Source of the DNA: an uncultured Acidobacteriota bacterium
Lineage (GTDB): Bacteria > Acidobacteriota > Polarisedimenticolia > J045
DNA length: 64,000 nt
Direction: 5' to 3'
Assembly: GCA_963702425.1 (NCBI GenBank)
Contig: CAVPCQ010000016.1
Location: 64,001-128,000, forward strand
Shown: positions 53,197 to 62,658 of the stretch, one piece after another
Layout: every line of letters starts with the position of its first letter
Position numbering within the stretch: the stretch's first letter is position 1
Translations under genes and position numbers: made by a program
The notes under the pieces: model-generated
What the model was told of the DNA's origin: nothing
The model's input: only the letters and a program-made list of their open reading frames with translations
Database searches by the model: none

Positions 53197-56067
53197 GCCG
53201 CCAACACCTCATTCAGCTCATCCAGCACCCTGGGCAAGTCCTCCCCGAACACCTGCGCCGCCTTCCCCCGTCCGCCCGCCTCCGCGAACGGCGCGTAGTC
53301 CAGATCCTCGACCGTCATCTCCAGGCTCGTCGCGATGTGGTCGCGCATCATCTCGAGCCAGCGGCGCTGCTCGGCGGTGAACGGCGCGCCCCGGTTCTCC
53401 TGCTGCGCCATCCACGCGTCGAACCGCGTGCGCACCTGCTCGCCGAACGGCACCAGCTCGTCGTCCTTGTGCGTCGCGAAGCGCACCAGCGAGACGATGT
53501 CTGTGAGCAGCCGCTTCCCCGACGCGCCCCGCACCTTGTCCTTCCTCAGCGTCTCGTAGGCCCGCCAGAGCTTCTCTGGCGTCCACGCGCGGGGCGGCGC
53601 CTTGATGGCCTCGGCCAGCGCCTTGATGTCATTGAACGACAGCCGCTTCGAGTACGGCTGCGCGTAGAAGAACTGGAGCGCGTCGATCTCGTCCTTGTGT
53701 TCCTCGATGAAGCGCTCGAAGTCGGCGACGAGCGACCGCGCCTTCTCCTTCGCCTCAGGGCTCGCGCCGGCTTCCGAGCAGCTCGTCCGGCGACACTTCG
53801 TCGATCACCTGCTCCATCTCGCGCTTGAGGTCCACGAGCAGGGTGCGGAGCGCGGGCTTCGTGGCGAGCGGCTCGGTGGCGCGCTTGAGCAGCGACTCGG
53901 CGGCCTGCTTCACCTGGCTCGCGGTCGGCTCCGCATCCGCGGGCACCGCGAACGCGTGGCGCGCTTCGGCGATCTGCCGGTCGGGGTCGAGGCCCTCGAC
54001 GATGGCGCCGCAGATCGCGGGGAGCTTCACCCCTCCCGACGCTTCCACGACCCGCGCCTGTTCCTCGGGTCCGCACTGCTTGGCGATCCGCGCGAGGCGA
54101 CTCGCGAGCGACGAGAGCACCTCCGCGTCGGTTCCGCCCATCGCCACGTGCTCGAGCAGCGCCTTGAGGCTCACCGTCCGCTGGCGCTCCAGCGGCTGGG
54201 TGTCGGCGAGCTGGGTCTCGGTCATGCCGACGCAGTCCACGATCACGAAGTGCGTCTTGGCGACGGCGTCCTCGCCGCTCACGGCGCGCAGGTCGGTCGG
54301 GTCGATGATGCGCACGCCGCGCCCCTTCATCTGCTCGAAGAGCACGCGGCTCTTCACGGCGCGCATGAACATCACGATCTCGATCGGCTTGATGTCGGTG
54401 CCCGTGGCGACCATGTCCACGGTCACGGCGATGCGCGGCTCGTACTGGTTGCGGAAGGCCTGGATCAGGTCGCGCGGGTTCGCGGCCGGTGACCTTGTAG
54501 GTGATCTTCTGGCAGAAGGCGTTGCCGCGACCGAACTCGTCGCGCACGATCTCGACGATGTCCTCGGCGTGGCTGTCGTCCTTGGCGAAGATCAGCGTCT
54601 TCGGGACCTCCTTGCGGCCGGGGAAGATGTCCACCGGCAGCCGGTCGCGGAACGTGCGGATGATGGTGCGGATCTGGTCCTTCGCCACGACGCGGCGGTC
54701 CAGCTCGTTCGGGTCGTAGGAGAGGTCCTCGTCGGGCGACTCCCAGCGCAGCGCGCGGGTCTGGCGGTCGCGGTAGCCGAGCATCGTGTCGGGGTGCGCT
54801 TCGACCGTGGCGCCCTGCTCGGTGATCTTCGTGCGGATGTTGTAGACCTCGAAGTCCACGTTGACGCCGTCGGCCACGGCGCGCGCGTGGTCGTACTCCA
54901 TGACGAGGTTCTTGTTGAAGAAGCCGAGCGTCTGCTTGCTCGGCGTGGCCGTGAGGCCGACGAGGAAGGCGTCGAAGTACTCCACCACCTGCCGCCACAG
55001 GGTGTAGATCGAGCGGTGCACCTCGTCGATCACCACCACGTCGAAGTACTCGGGCGGGTAGGCGGCGTTGTAGACCACCGGCAGCGGCTCCTTCAGGGCG
55101 GCGCCGCCGGTCTCGAACTGCGAGCCTTCTTCCAGCGTGGGGTCGAGCTCGGGCTCGCCCTTGAGCATCGAGTAGACCCGCTGGATCGTCGAGATGACGA
55201 CGCGGCTCGAGTCCATGATGGTGTTCGAGGAGAGGCGCTGGACGTTGTACAGCTCGGTGAAGAGCCGGTGGCTGTCGGGGGCGCGGTAGCCCTGGAACTC
55301 CTTCTCGGCCTGCTCGCCGAGGTTGCTGCGGTCCACCAGGAAGAGCACGCGGCGCGCGCCGCCGTACTTGATGAGCCGGTAGATGGCCGTGATGGCGGCG
55401 ATCGTCTTGCCCGAGCCGGTCGCCATCTGGATCAGCGCGCGGGGGCGGTTCTTCTTGAAGGAACTGCTCGAGGTTCGTCACCGCCTCGATCTGGTTCGGG
55501 TAGAGCGAGCCATGTTCGAGCGGCGGCAGCGTCTGAGGCGCGCGCGGAAGGAGGCGGGTCGCGTGTCGTCGGCGCGCGGTGTAGAGGCCGCCCCTCGGCG
55601 TGCAGGCGCTTGACCCAGGCGTCGAGCGTCTCGGCGCCGATCCACTCGGCGAGCGTCGCGGGCCGGTGGATGTGCGGGAGGTTGGCGGAGATGGCGCGCG
55701 TCTTCGGGTCGGGGTCGAGGCCGTTGATGAAGCGGGTTTCGACCCCGGTGCTGAGGTAGAGGAACGGGAGTGGGTGCACGGGCGGGTTGAGCCCGGCGGG
55801 GAGCCCGGTGGCGTACTTGTCGGCCTGCAGTTCCACGTTGGTCAGCGCGTAGCCAGCGGGTTTGGCCTCGAGCACGCCGACGGCCTTGCCGTTCACGAAG
55901 AGCAGGTAGTCGGCGAAGCCGTGCCCGGACGCCATCTTGAACTCCCGCACGGCCACGCCCGGCGCGGCGGCGAGGTTCATCGCCGCGCGGTCCTGGACGA
56001 TCCACCCAGCGGCTTCCAGCGCGGCGTCGATTCCGATGCGGGCCTGCTGTTCGGGCGTCGGGCTCAT
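53193..56067 (-). CDS. hsdR: type I R-M restriction subunit (EcoEI-like; several frameshifts)
   Basis: PEQQARIGID, ADYLL..LEAK, MATGSGKT, DEVH, LTATP, KTLIFA, TGTDI, FEQMKGRG, C-terminal LDELNEVL. Confidence 0.9.
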
Positions 56068-57429
56068 GCCGGTCCCTTCTCGGCCAGGAAGTATCGCCGC
56101 CGGGGATCCTGAGGTCCGGTGCCGATCTCGCGCACGAGCCCGCGGCCGACGAGGCGGGCGAGCCGCGTGCGGGTAGCGCGCGGGAGAGAGGCCGATGGCC
56201 GCGGCGATCTCGCTCGTGGCGAGGCCCTGGGCTCCGCCGAGCGCGTCCAGGATGGCCTGGTCCGTGTCCTCGACCGCCCTCGGGCCGACCCGGGTCGTGG
56301 CGATGGTGACACGAAAGCGCGTGGCGATCTCCTCGAAGACCGGCGCGGGGAGCCCGGCCGCCTGACACGCGGCGGTCATGCGCTGGATACCGCTCCCCCA
56401 TTGCTCGATCAGGCCGAGCGCGTGGAAGACCCGGCCGATCACGCGGTTGCGCAGCTTCGAGACGCCGCGCGGCAGGTCCTCGATCGTGAGACCGAAGGGC
56501 AGGAGCCCGGGATTCTCGATCTCGAGGCGGTCGTCGAAGATCGAGAGGCGGATCGGCGCGCCGCGCTGGGCGTAGTCGGTGTGGACCACCGCGTTGATGA
56601 CGGCCTCGCGCACGGCCTCGGGGGGCACGCTCCAGTGGTCCTTCCGGCGCACCGCGCCGATCGCGGCGCCGTGCCAGGCGTGCTTCTGTACGAAGGCGAC
56701 GGATTCCTCCACGCCGCGCGCCGGGAAGGAGCGGATCTCGGCACGGTCGAGGATTCGGCTCTTGTCGATGCCTGCGAAGCGCCCCGCCTGGATCCAGGCG
56801 TCCGGGAAGTGCCGCTCGCGCTCCCGCCCGAAGAGGATCATCCCGCCCACGGTCGGCACCTTGCGGCCCTGGTGTTCCGTGACGAGGCGCAAGGTCTCCA
56901 GATCGCGACGGGCGAGCGCGCGGACGGGGGCGAACGACTCGGAAGCCGCTCGGAAGTCGAGGGCTTCCGAGTCGAGCCCCGGCATGGGCTGCTCGTCGAA
57001 GCCCTCGCCCCGCGCGAAGCGGCGCAGTTCCTCGATCAGTTCGGCGTCGGCGCGCCGATTCGTGGAGCCCACCCGCACGTAGACACCGGCGGTGGGCCCT
57101 TCGCGGATCAGGTGGTGCGGCCGGCTCGGGCTCGGATGGACCTGCAGGGCCAGCACCTGCGACCGGCGCCAGGGCAGGATCTCGATCTCCGGGACGAGGC
57201 GCGGGCTGATGCGGTCGCTGACGAGGCTGGCCAGACGCTCCTCCAGGTCGAGGGCGTCGGGCACGCCGCGGACGTGGCGGGTGCGGTCCTCCACGCCGAC
57301 GAGCAGCGTGCCGCCGGCCGTATTGGCGAAGGCGACGATCGTCTTGAGCGCCCCGTCCGGGGAGGACAGGTCACGCTTGAACTCCAGCGTCTTGCCCTCG
57401 GGGCGTTTGAGGATCTCGACCAGGTCCAT
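56064..57429 (-). CDS. AlbA_2 (Schlafen-like) + HATPase_c_4 (RecG-C-like) + HTH protein (frameshift ~56180)
   Basis: EGKTLEFK, AFANTAGGTLLVGV, YVRVGS, REAVINAVVHTDY, IENPG, RNRVI, IEQWGSGI, HTH; stop overlaps the hsdR ATG. Confidence 0.88.
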
Positions 57430-58609
57430 GGTGCTCGGCAATATACTCGGAAGCACCGCACGGTATCAAGCTTCCGAGTCGACGAGCGGGCAGGCGCGGT
57501 TGCTGGTGTGACCAATGCTCCGGTTCAGCGGCGGGGGCGAGCGGCGAAACCGCTCCGCCACCGTCCGCTGCAGCGGCTTCTTCGCCCGAAGCCTTCTCAG
57601 CTCGCTTTCTCTCTTCCTGCTCGTTGATTTCCTGAACCCACTTCTCGATCTCTTCCTGAGAGCTCTCCCAGAAAATAGAGCGGAAGATCGGGGCCCTTCG
57701 CTCAATGAGGAACTGGTTGTTCGAGATGTCCTGAATCAGCTTCGTGACCGGTCCGCGGACGCGGAAAATGCCCTCAAGAGCCGCGTCAGCGAAGTGCTGG
57801 TAGACCCCGCTGTTCTGCTTTCGAAGCTCGTCGTGTGGCGCTGTAAGGAGCTTCGCGAGGTAGTCGAGCTTCTGGAAGCTGAGTAGTGTCTGCTTGAGGA
57901 TGTAGTTGGCCTCAAGCCCGATATCAACGTACTGACTCGTCAGGATGTCCTCCGTAGCCCGAGTGAACACCCCGAGAATCGGCCAGGCAGGATCAAGGAG
58001 ATGGTGCTTGTTCCGAATGATGGTCGTGGCGTTGTCGTGGAGTTCCGCGTGAAGAGCGCTGAGTCTGCGGAGAATGTCGTGGCGCTCATAGTCAAACAAC
58101 AGATAGCTACGGTTTTTCAGATAATCCCCGATGGGGCTATCTGCACGATCAGGATCGTCCTGTAGCTTCTTCAAGAGGCGCTTCATATCTTTCTTGAACG
58201 TCGTGAGACCTTTGATTTCCGGATTGTACTCAATGGCACCGTAGCCTGCCAAATCGCTTGGGATATGCGCAAGGCACTGGGTGATTAGGATCGTCCGATT
58301 CCGGAGAGTGTGGCGTACTCCCAGCTCGTAGAAAACGTTCGGGTTTCGATCCGTGAGGTCGGCGACGACGACGTCCGCCGCGAATAAGTTCGTGAGTATG
58401 TCCTTGATGAAGGGTCCACCCAGTATGCTTGAACGCTCGCAATCGTAGCCCAGACCGGAGCCCGTAATCGCCGGCGCAATGAGCTCCTCGAACACTACTG
58501 TCCAGTCGCCGCACGACGGAGTGGGCGAGAAAGGCATGATGACAAAAGCCTTCTTCTTCACCCTCTCCTTGTTGGCGCCTGCAGGGCGTGCTCTTTTCGT
58601 GTCAGTCAT
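57371..58609 (-). CDS. nucleoside 2-deoxyribosyltransferase/TIR-like domain protein with uncharacterised helical C-terminal domain
   Basis: AFVIMPF, ADVVVADLTDRNPNVFYELG, IPSDL; lower GC; ATG 12 bp after attC C; frame runs through attC B. Confidence 0.8.
   Translation of the reverse strand: MTDTKRARPAGANKERVKKKAFVIMPFSPTPSCGDWTVVFEELIAPAITGSGLGYDCERSSILGGPFIKDILTNLFAADVVVADLTDRNPNVFYELGVRHTLRNRTILITQCLAHIPSDLAGYGAIEYNPEIKGLTTFKKDMKRLLKKLQDDPDRADSPIGDYLKNRSYLLFDYERHDILRRLSALHAELHDNATTIIRNKHHLLDPAWPILGVFTRATEDILTSQYVDIGLEANYILKQTLLSFQKLDYLAKLLTAPHDELRKQNSGVYQHFADAALEGIFRVRGPVTKLIQDISNNQFLIERRAPIFRSIFWESSQEEIEKWVQEINEQEERKRAEKASGEEAAAADGGGAVSPLAPAAEPEHWSHQQPRLPARRLGSLIPCGASEYIAEHHGPGRDPQTPRGQDAGVQA
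57440..57469 (-). promoter_or_regulatory. candidate promoter of the AlbA/R-M unit
   Basis: TTGATA-18 bp-TATATT ending 10 nt before the ATG at 57429. Confidence 0.45.
57510..57586 (-). mobile_element. attC-like site B, degenerate (77 bp)
   Basis: Minus strand GGCGAAG-AAGCCGCTGCAGCGGAC...CCGCTGAACCGGAGC-ATTGGTC. Confidence 0.65.
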
Positions 58610-58620
58610 CTCATTCTCCG

Positions 58621-58679
58621 GCCGAACGCTCAGCACAGCATGGACGCGCAGCGCCGTCCGCTGCATGCTGTTGTTAGCG
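58621..58679 (-). mobile_element. attC site C (59 bp, near-canonical)
   Basis: Minus strand CGCTAAC-AACAGCATGCAGCGGACGGCGCTGCGCGTCCATGCTGTGCTGAGC-GTTCGGC, lying between a stop and the next start. Confidence 0.85.
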
Positions 58680-58692
58680 TCCTCGCGCTGAG

Positions 58693-59610
58693 TCAGACGG
58701 GCGCACCCAGAGCCCCCTGTGTGCCTGATGAGAACTCAGTGTAAAAACACACATGACCAAGAAACGCGCCCAACTCATCAATCGATATCTTGTGCTCAAC
58801 AACATCCTGGGGCGAGATCACGATTGTTAGCCGATCGGCAAACACGCGTTCAGAGCACGCGGCAACGAACGACTTCACGATCTCTCTGACTACTTGCTCC
58901 CTAGTCTGGGGTAACCGTGAGAACCCGGTGCCAAGCACGGGCATCACAAGTCGCTCCTTCAGGCCGCGAGATCCAACGTAGACCCAGAGCTCTGCTAGCG
59001 AGATCCGGAGTCTCTCGAAGCTACCCTCAGCAACTCCATGCTCGTTGATGTCCGCAATGGCTACAAAGTACGCGGTGCGGCCCTTTGGGTTGAGCCGGAC
59101 CACCGTTCCGATCGGGTATCGGTCCGACTTGCCCTGGCGCTTGCCAGGAAGTTGCTGCGCCTTGCCAGCGTCCAGCCCGGCAGCAATCTCGTCGTCCAGT
59201 TTCATCTCGTCAGCGAAGTACCGTCTAGTGAAGGCGCCTTGAACACTGCTTTCCGCGATGAGGGTTGGGGCAAGGCGCGTATCAAATGTTGTGTTGCTTC
59301 CTACGATTATGGCGCCATCAAACGAGAACACGTCGCCAATAGCAATTTCCACGGTGACATCTCGCCCGTTCAGCTTCTGCGCGACTGCTGTCTTGGGGTG
59401 GCACATCATGATTGCTATTGCTGCACCGATAATGCCGAACATCCACCAGTGATCGCGCAACCACTGTGGAATCGAGGTGGAAGCGAAGAAGAACGTGGTG
59501 ATTTCAACGAACAGCCACAACGTCCCGAAGGCGCTGAGGACAGCGGTGGCGGCGCGGGCAGAGAACAGTCCCCGAAGCCATGCGTCGAGTGTGAATCGCA
59601 AGCGTTGCAT
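58693..59610 (-). CDS. thsA: Thoeris type II effector ThsA (2 TM + macro domain, DUF6430-like)
   Basis: Two N-terminal TM helices; IAIGDVF, VGSNTTFDT, SVQGAF, YPIGTVV, MPVLGTGFSR; TAATG-coupled to the TIR gene. Confidence 0.82.
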   Translation of the reverse strand: MQRLRFTLDAWLRGLFSARAATAVLSAFGTLWLFVEITTFFFASTSIPQWLRDHWWMFGIIGAAIAIMMCHPKTAVAQKLNGRDVTVEIAIGDVFSFDGAIIVGSNTTFDTRLAPTLIAESSVQGAFTRRYFADEMKLDDEIAAGLDAGKAQQLPGKRQGKSDRYPIGTVVRLNPKGRTAYFVAIADINEHGVAEGSFERLRISLAELWVYVGSRGLKERLVMPVLGTGFSRLPQTREQVVREIVKSFVAACSERVFADRLTIVISPQDVVEHKISIDELGAFLGHVCFYTEFSSGTQGALGAPV

Positions 59611-60113
59611 TACAGGCCAAGCCCGCTGTAGACGGTCTCGTTATAGTAGTAGGGCCCGGTCCTATTCGCGCGGCGGTTCTCCATGTCAGAGGCCGGCCAG
59701 TTGTCGAGGGCATGCTGCATGATCGCCACATTGAAGCTTACGTGAACGGCAAGCTCACTCTGAAGCACTGGCGGACACCTGTCCGCATCCATAGAGCGTC
59801 TACCATTGAGGTTCACGGCAATGATCGGCAGCTGCCGACTGATCGCCTGCTCAATTTCCCAACGCACGAACTTGGTGAGGTATCTCGTACGTTCCCCGAC
59901 GAGCAGCACGAATACCTTGGTGTTGCGCATCCGCTCAGCGAGTTGCGCCTTGATCGACGCTTCCTGGCTGGAGTCGCGCGCAGTATTCAAGTCGTGGGCG
60001 TCATAGAAGTTGAAGGTGATGCCGTCGTTCTGCTTCCACGCCTGCATCAGCCGGTAGTACGACATGTCTGAGTCTCCATCGAAGGAGACGAAGGTCTTAT
60101 TGCGATAGGGCAT
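59610..60113 (-). CDS. thsB: Thoeris TIR-domain protein ThsB (DUF1863-like)
   Basis: YRNKTFVSFDGDSD, FYDAHD, IKAQLAERM, VLLVGERT, VRWEIE (catalytic Glu), PIIAVNL. Confidence 0.87.
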   Translation of the reverse strand: MPYRNKTFVSFDGDSDMSYYRLMQAWKQNDGITFNFYDAHDLNTARDSSQEASIKAQLAERMRNTKVFVLLVGERTRYLTKFVRWEIEQAISRQLPIIAVNLNGRRSMDADRCPPVLQSELAVHVSFNVAIMQHALDNWPASDMENRRANRTGPYYYNETVYSGLGL

Positions 60114-60132
60114 GCTCAGTCCTCCCTCGCGG

Positions 60133-60196
60133 CGCTAGCGCCCCGGTTCAGGGGCAGTTCGCGAAGCGGCCCGTCCGCTGCAACCGGTTGCTAGTT
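60133..60196 (-). mobile_element. attC-like site D (64 bp)
   Basis: Minus strand AACTAGC-AACCGGTTGCAGCGGAC...CCCTGAACCGGGGC-GCTAGCG; the upstream gene's TAG lies in the R'' box. Confidence 0.78.
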
Positions 60197-61030
60197 GGTT
60201 CCTTTCGAAACATTGTAGTCTTTTGTTTCCACGATGAACTCAGCGAGCGTCTTTGCCGCGTTCACCACTAGGACTGCGTGTCGTTTCGCGGGCTGATAGG
60301 AGCGCACGTGCGCGTCGCCCATCTTATTTCGGAGACCCGCCAATCCAGAAACGACGCTCGTCAGACCGCCAAGTACTTGCTTCAGTGGCTCCGCGATGTC
60401 GGTTCGGCCGGGTTCGAGATTGAGGAGCTTCTGGACACGCTTGTACAGCTTCGTGAGGTCGCCGTCATACGGCGGTAGGCTCTCTTCCGAGAGTTCCTGC
60501 TCGACGTCGGATAGAACAGCCTCCAGGAGCGACCGGGCGTTGGTGATGGCGCCATCGAAGTCGTTCTCAGCCAGCTTCCTATCGCACTTCTTGCTCTGTT
60601 GTTCGATGAAGAGCTGATTGATCTCGCGAGATGCTTCCGAAAGGTAGTTGAAGGCAACCGCGCCGCCGGTGAGACTCCGCACGGAGAGGAACTCGCCGTC
60701 GCGGGCGATCTCAAGCCCGTCGTATTTCAGGTAGTCGTTCAAGTAGGAAACCGCGTTGTCGCGCGGATTCTCGAACTCGAGCCATTCACGTGGATCGAAA
60801 ACTGTGCGGATCAGGGCTGGGAGCTGCGCCGTACCGTTCAAGGCTCGAATCTTCTCCTCCGCGTAGTACCAGCGGGAAGGAAAACCTTGGCCGTAGACGT
60901 CGTTCGCGCCGAACTCGTTGAACAACCGGACGAGGACCGGTCCGCTCTTGTAGGGCGAAACATGGGAGTCGCCCGTGACGATCTTCGCAAGGGCCGAAAT
61001 GCTGCGTTCGGAGATCTTCATGCGTGCCAC
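60191..61030 (-). CDS. abortive infection family protein (Abi_C, HEPN-like)
   Basis: GAITNARSLLE, LRNKMGDAH, AVLVVNAAKTLAEF; N-terminal YKSGPVLVRLF..PSRW; start GTG 61030 or ATG 61021. Confidence 0.82.
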   Translation of the reverse strand: MARMKISERSISALAKIVTGDSHVSPYKSGPVLVRLFNEFGANDVYGQGFPSRWYYAEEKIRALNGTAQLPALIRTVFDPREWLEFENPRDNAVSYLNDYLKYDGLEIARDGEFLSVRSLTGGAVAFNYLSEASREINQLFIEQQSKKCDRKLAENDFDGAITNARSLLEAVLSDVEQELSEESLPPYDGDLTKLYKRVQKLLNLEPGRTDIAEPLKQVLGGLTSVVSGLAGLRNKMGDAHVRSYQPAKRHAVLVVNAAKTLAEFIVETKDYNVSKGTN

Positions 61031-61042
61031 TTCCGGTCGGGC

Positions 61043-61075
61043 AGCTAACTAGACTTCATTTGCGGTCGGGCTAAC
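61043..61075 (-). mobile_element. attI-like site at the head of the array
   Basis: Minus strand GTTAGCC..AAATGAAGTCTA-GTTAGCT 13 bp before the first cassette gene; no attC-type hairpin. Confidence 0.45.
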
Positions 61076-61122
61076 CCACTTCGGGCCGCGAGACTGTCGA
61101 CCAAGCAGGCGCACCCCGGCTC

Positions 61123-61152
61123 TTTCTACGCCGGCATCCCCCGCGCCGTCAA
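61123..61152 (-). promoter_or_regulatory. Pc-like promoter facing the cassette array
   Basis: TTGACG-18 bp-TAGAAA on the minus strand upstream of the attI-like site. Confidence 0.45.
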
Positions 61153-61233
61153 CGCTTACGCGGCAAGGCGCCGCGGTTTCCCCGCGTTATCCGCCGGATT
61201 CACGCTACCGCCTTGACCGGGTCACGCCCCCAG

Positions 61234-62658
61234 TCACCACCGCGAGCCCCGGGAGCAGCGCCCTCCCGAAGGCGCGCACCCCCCTACGACCCCACCCGCC
61301 GCGCCCCCCACCCCGATCCCCGCGAACACCGCCGCCACCGCCAACCCCGGCACGATCGGCTCGACCCCCAGCGCCGGCCCGTCCGGCCCCGCGGCCAGCA
61401 GCCACCCCAGCGTCACCCCGCCCGACGCGAGCATCGCCGGCGCCACCAGCCGCGGGTGCGAGCGCCAGCGCGGGTGCAGCGCCCCCAGCAGCGGAAACAG
61501 CAGCACCGCGGTCCCGACGCTGCCGAAGCCGTACCACAGCGCGACGACCGACTCGGAGGCCAGCGCGATCCCCGCCGCGACCGCCGCCGACAGCACGACC
61601 CCGATCCGCGACCAGCGCACCTGGTCGGCCCGCCCGCCGGAGAGCCGCCACACCAGGTCGCGCCCGATCGTCACGCCGCCGACCAGCAGGAACGAGTCGA
61701 CCGTCGACATCACCGTGGCCAGCATCCCGGCGTAGAACAGCCCGAGCAGCCCGGCGGGCAGCAGCGCCTCGCCCAGCGCGGGGAAGGCGTCGACGCCGCT
61801 CGGCAGCGCCGGGAGCAGCGCCCGGGCGCACATCCCGGTGAAGGTCGTCAGCCCGTCGAAGAGTGCGAAGCAGCCGATCGCCGCCAGGATCCCGAGCTGC
61901 GCGACGCGCGGGCTCCGGGCCGCGAAGCAGCGCTGGTAGAAGGTCGGCTCGACCAGCGTCTGCAGCGCGATCAGGTACCAGGCCAGGACCCAGCCCGCGC
62001 CGCGCCCGCCGTCCCACGCCAGCATCTCGGCCGGGAGGCTCGCGCTCAGCCCCGTCCAGCCGCCGGCGCGGCCGAACGCGACCGGCAAGAGCAGCGCGAA
62101 GCCGCCGTACATCAGCACGAACTGCAGCCCCTTGGTCTCGACCACCGAGCGGAAGCCGCGGGCCACGATGTAGGCCAGCGTGAAGAGCGTCGCCAGCACG
62201 ATCGCCGTGCCCTGCCCGATCCCGGCCATCCGCCGCAGCAGCACCCCCAGCATCAGCAGGTAGGCCGCGGGCGAGGTCAGCGCGAAGACCGTCGCGGTCC
62301 CGATCACGCCGGCGGCGCGGCCGTAGCTCGCGAACAGCAGGTCGGGGATCGTGTAGTCCTCGCTGGCGCGCGCCCGCCTGGCCAGGAAGAGCGCGAACAG
62401 CAGCGCGGCGACGTAGTACGGCGCGCCCAGCACCAGCCAGTTGGAGATCCCGTAGGTGTAGGAGTACTCGCCGACCCCCAGCACGCCGCCGTACCAGGTC
62501 GCGACCAGCGTCACGACGAAGGCCGTCAGCGAGAGGGTCCGCCCGGCGACGAGGTACTCGTCGGTCCCCTGCCCTGCGCGCCGTCGCCCGCCGCGCGCGC
62601 CCAGCCAGAGGGTCGCGGCGAGGTAGGCCGCGACGACGAGCAGGTCGGCCGCGTGCAT
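61234..62658 (-). CDS. sodium:solute symporter family protein
   Basis: EYLVAGR, TLVATWYGG, TIPD, FYQRCFAA, ATVMSTVDS; ATG overlaps the upstream TGA. Confidence 0.9.
   Translation of the reverse strand: MHAADLLVVAAYLAATLWLGARGGRRRAGQGTDEYLVAGRTLSLTAFVVTLVATWYGGVLGVGEYSYTYGISNWLVLGAPYYVAALLFALFLARRARASEDYTIPDLLFASYGRAAGVIGTATVFALTSPAAYLLMLGVLLRRMAGIGQGTAIVLATLFTLAYIVARGFRSVVETKGLQFVLMYGGFALLLPVAFGRAGGWTGLSASLPAEMLAWDGGRGAGWVLAWYLIALQTLVEPTFYQRCFAARSPRVAQLGILAAIGCFALFDGLTTFTGMCARALLPALPSGVDAFPALGEALLPAGLLGLFYAGMLATVMSTVDSFLLVGGVTIGRDLVWRLSGGRADQVRWSRIGVVLSAAVAAGIALASESVVALWYGFGSVGTAVLLFPLLGALHPRWRSHPRLVAPAMLASGGVTLGWLLAAGPDGPALGVEPIVPGLAVAAVFAGIGVGGAAGGVVGGCAPSGGRCSRGSRW

Noticed and set aside
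55432-57456. AlbA_2-HsdR fusion protein (674-aa ORF)
   Set aside because: Created by a frameshift near 56180; the AlbA HTH ends in another frame at 56064 and HsdR has its own ATG at 56067
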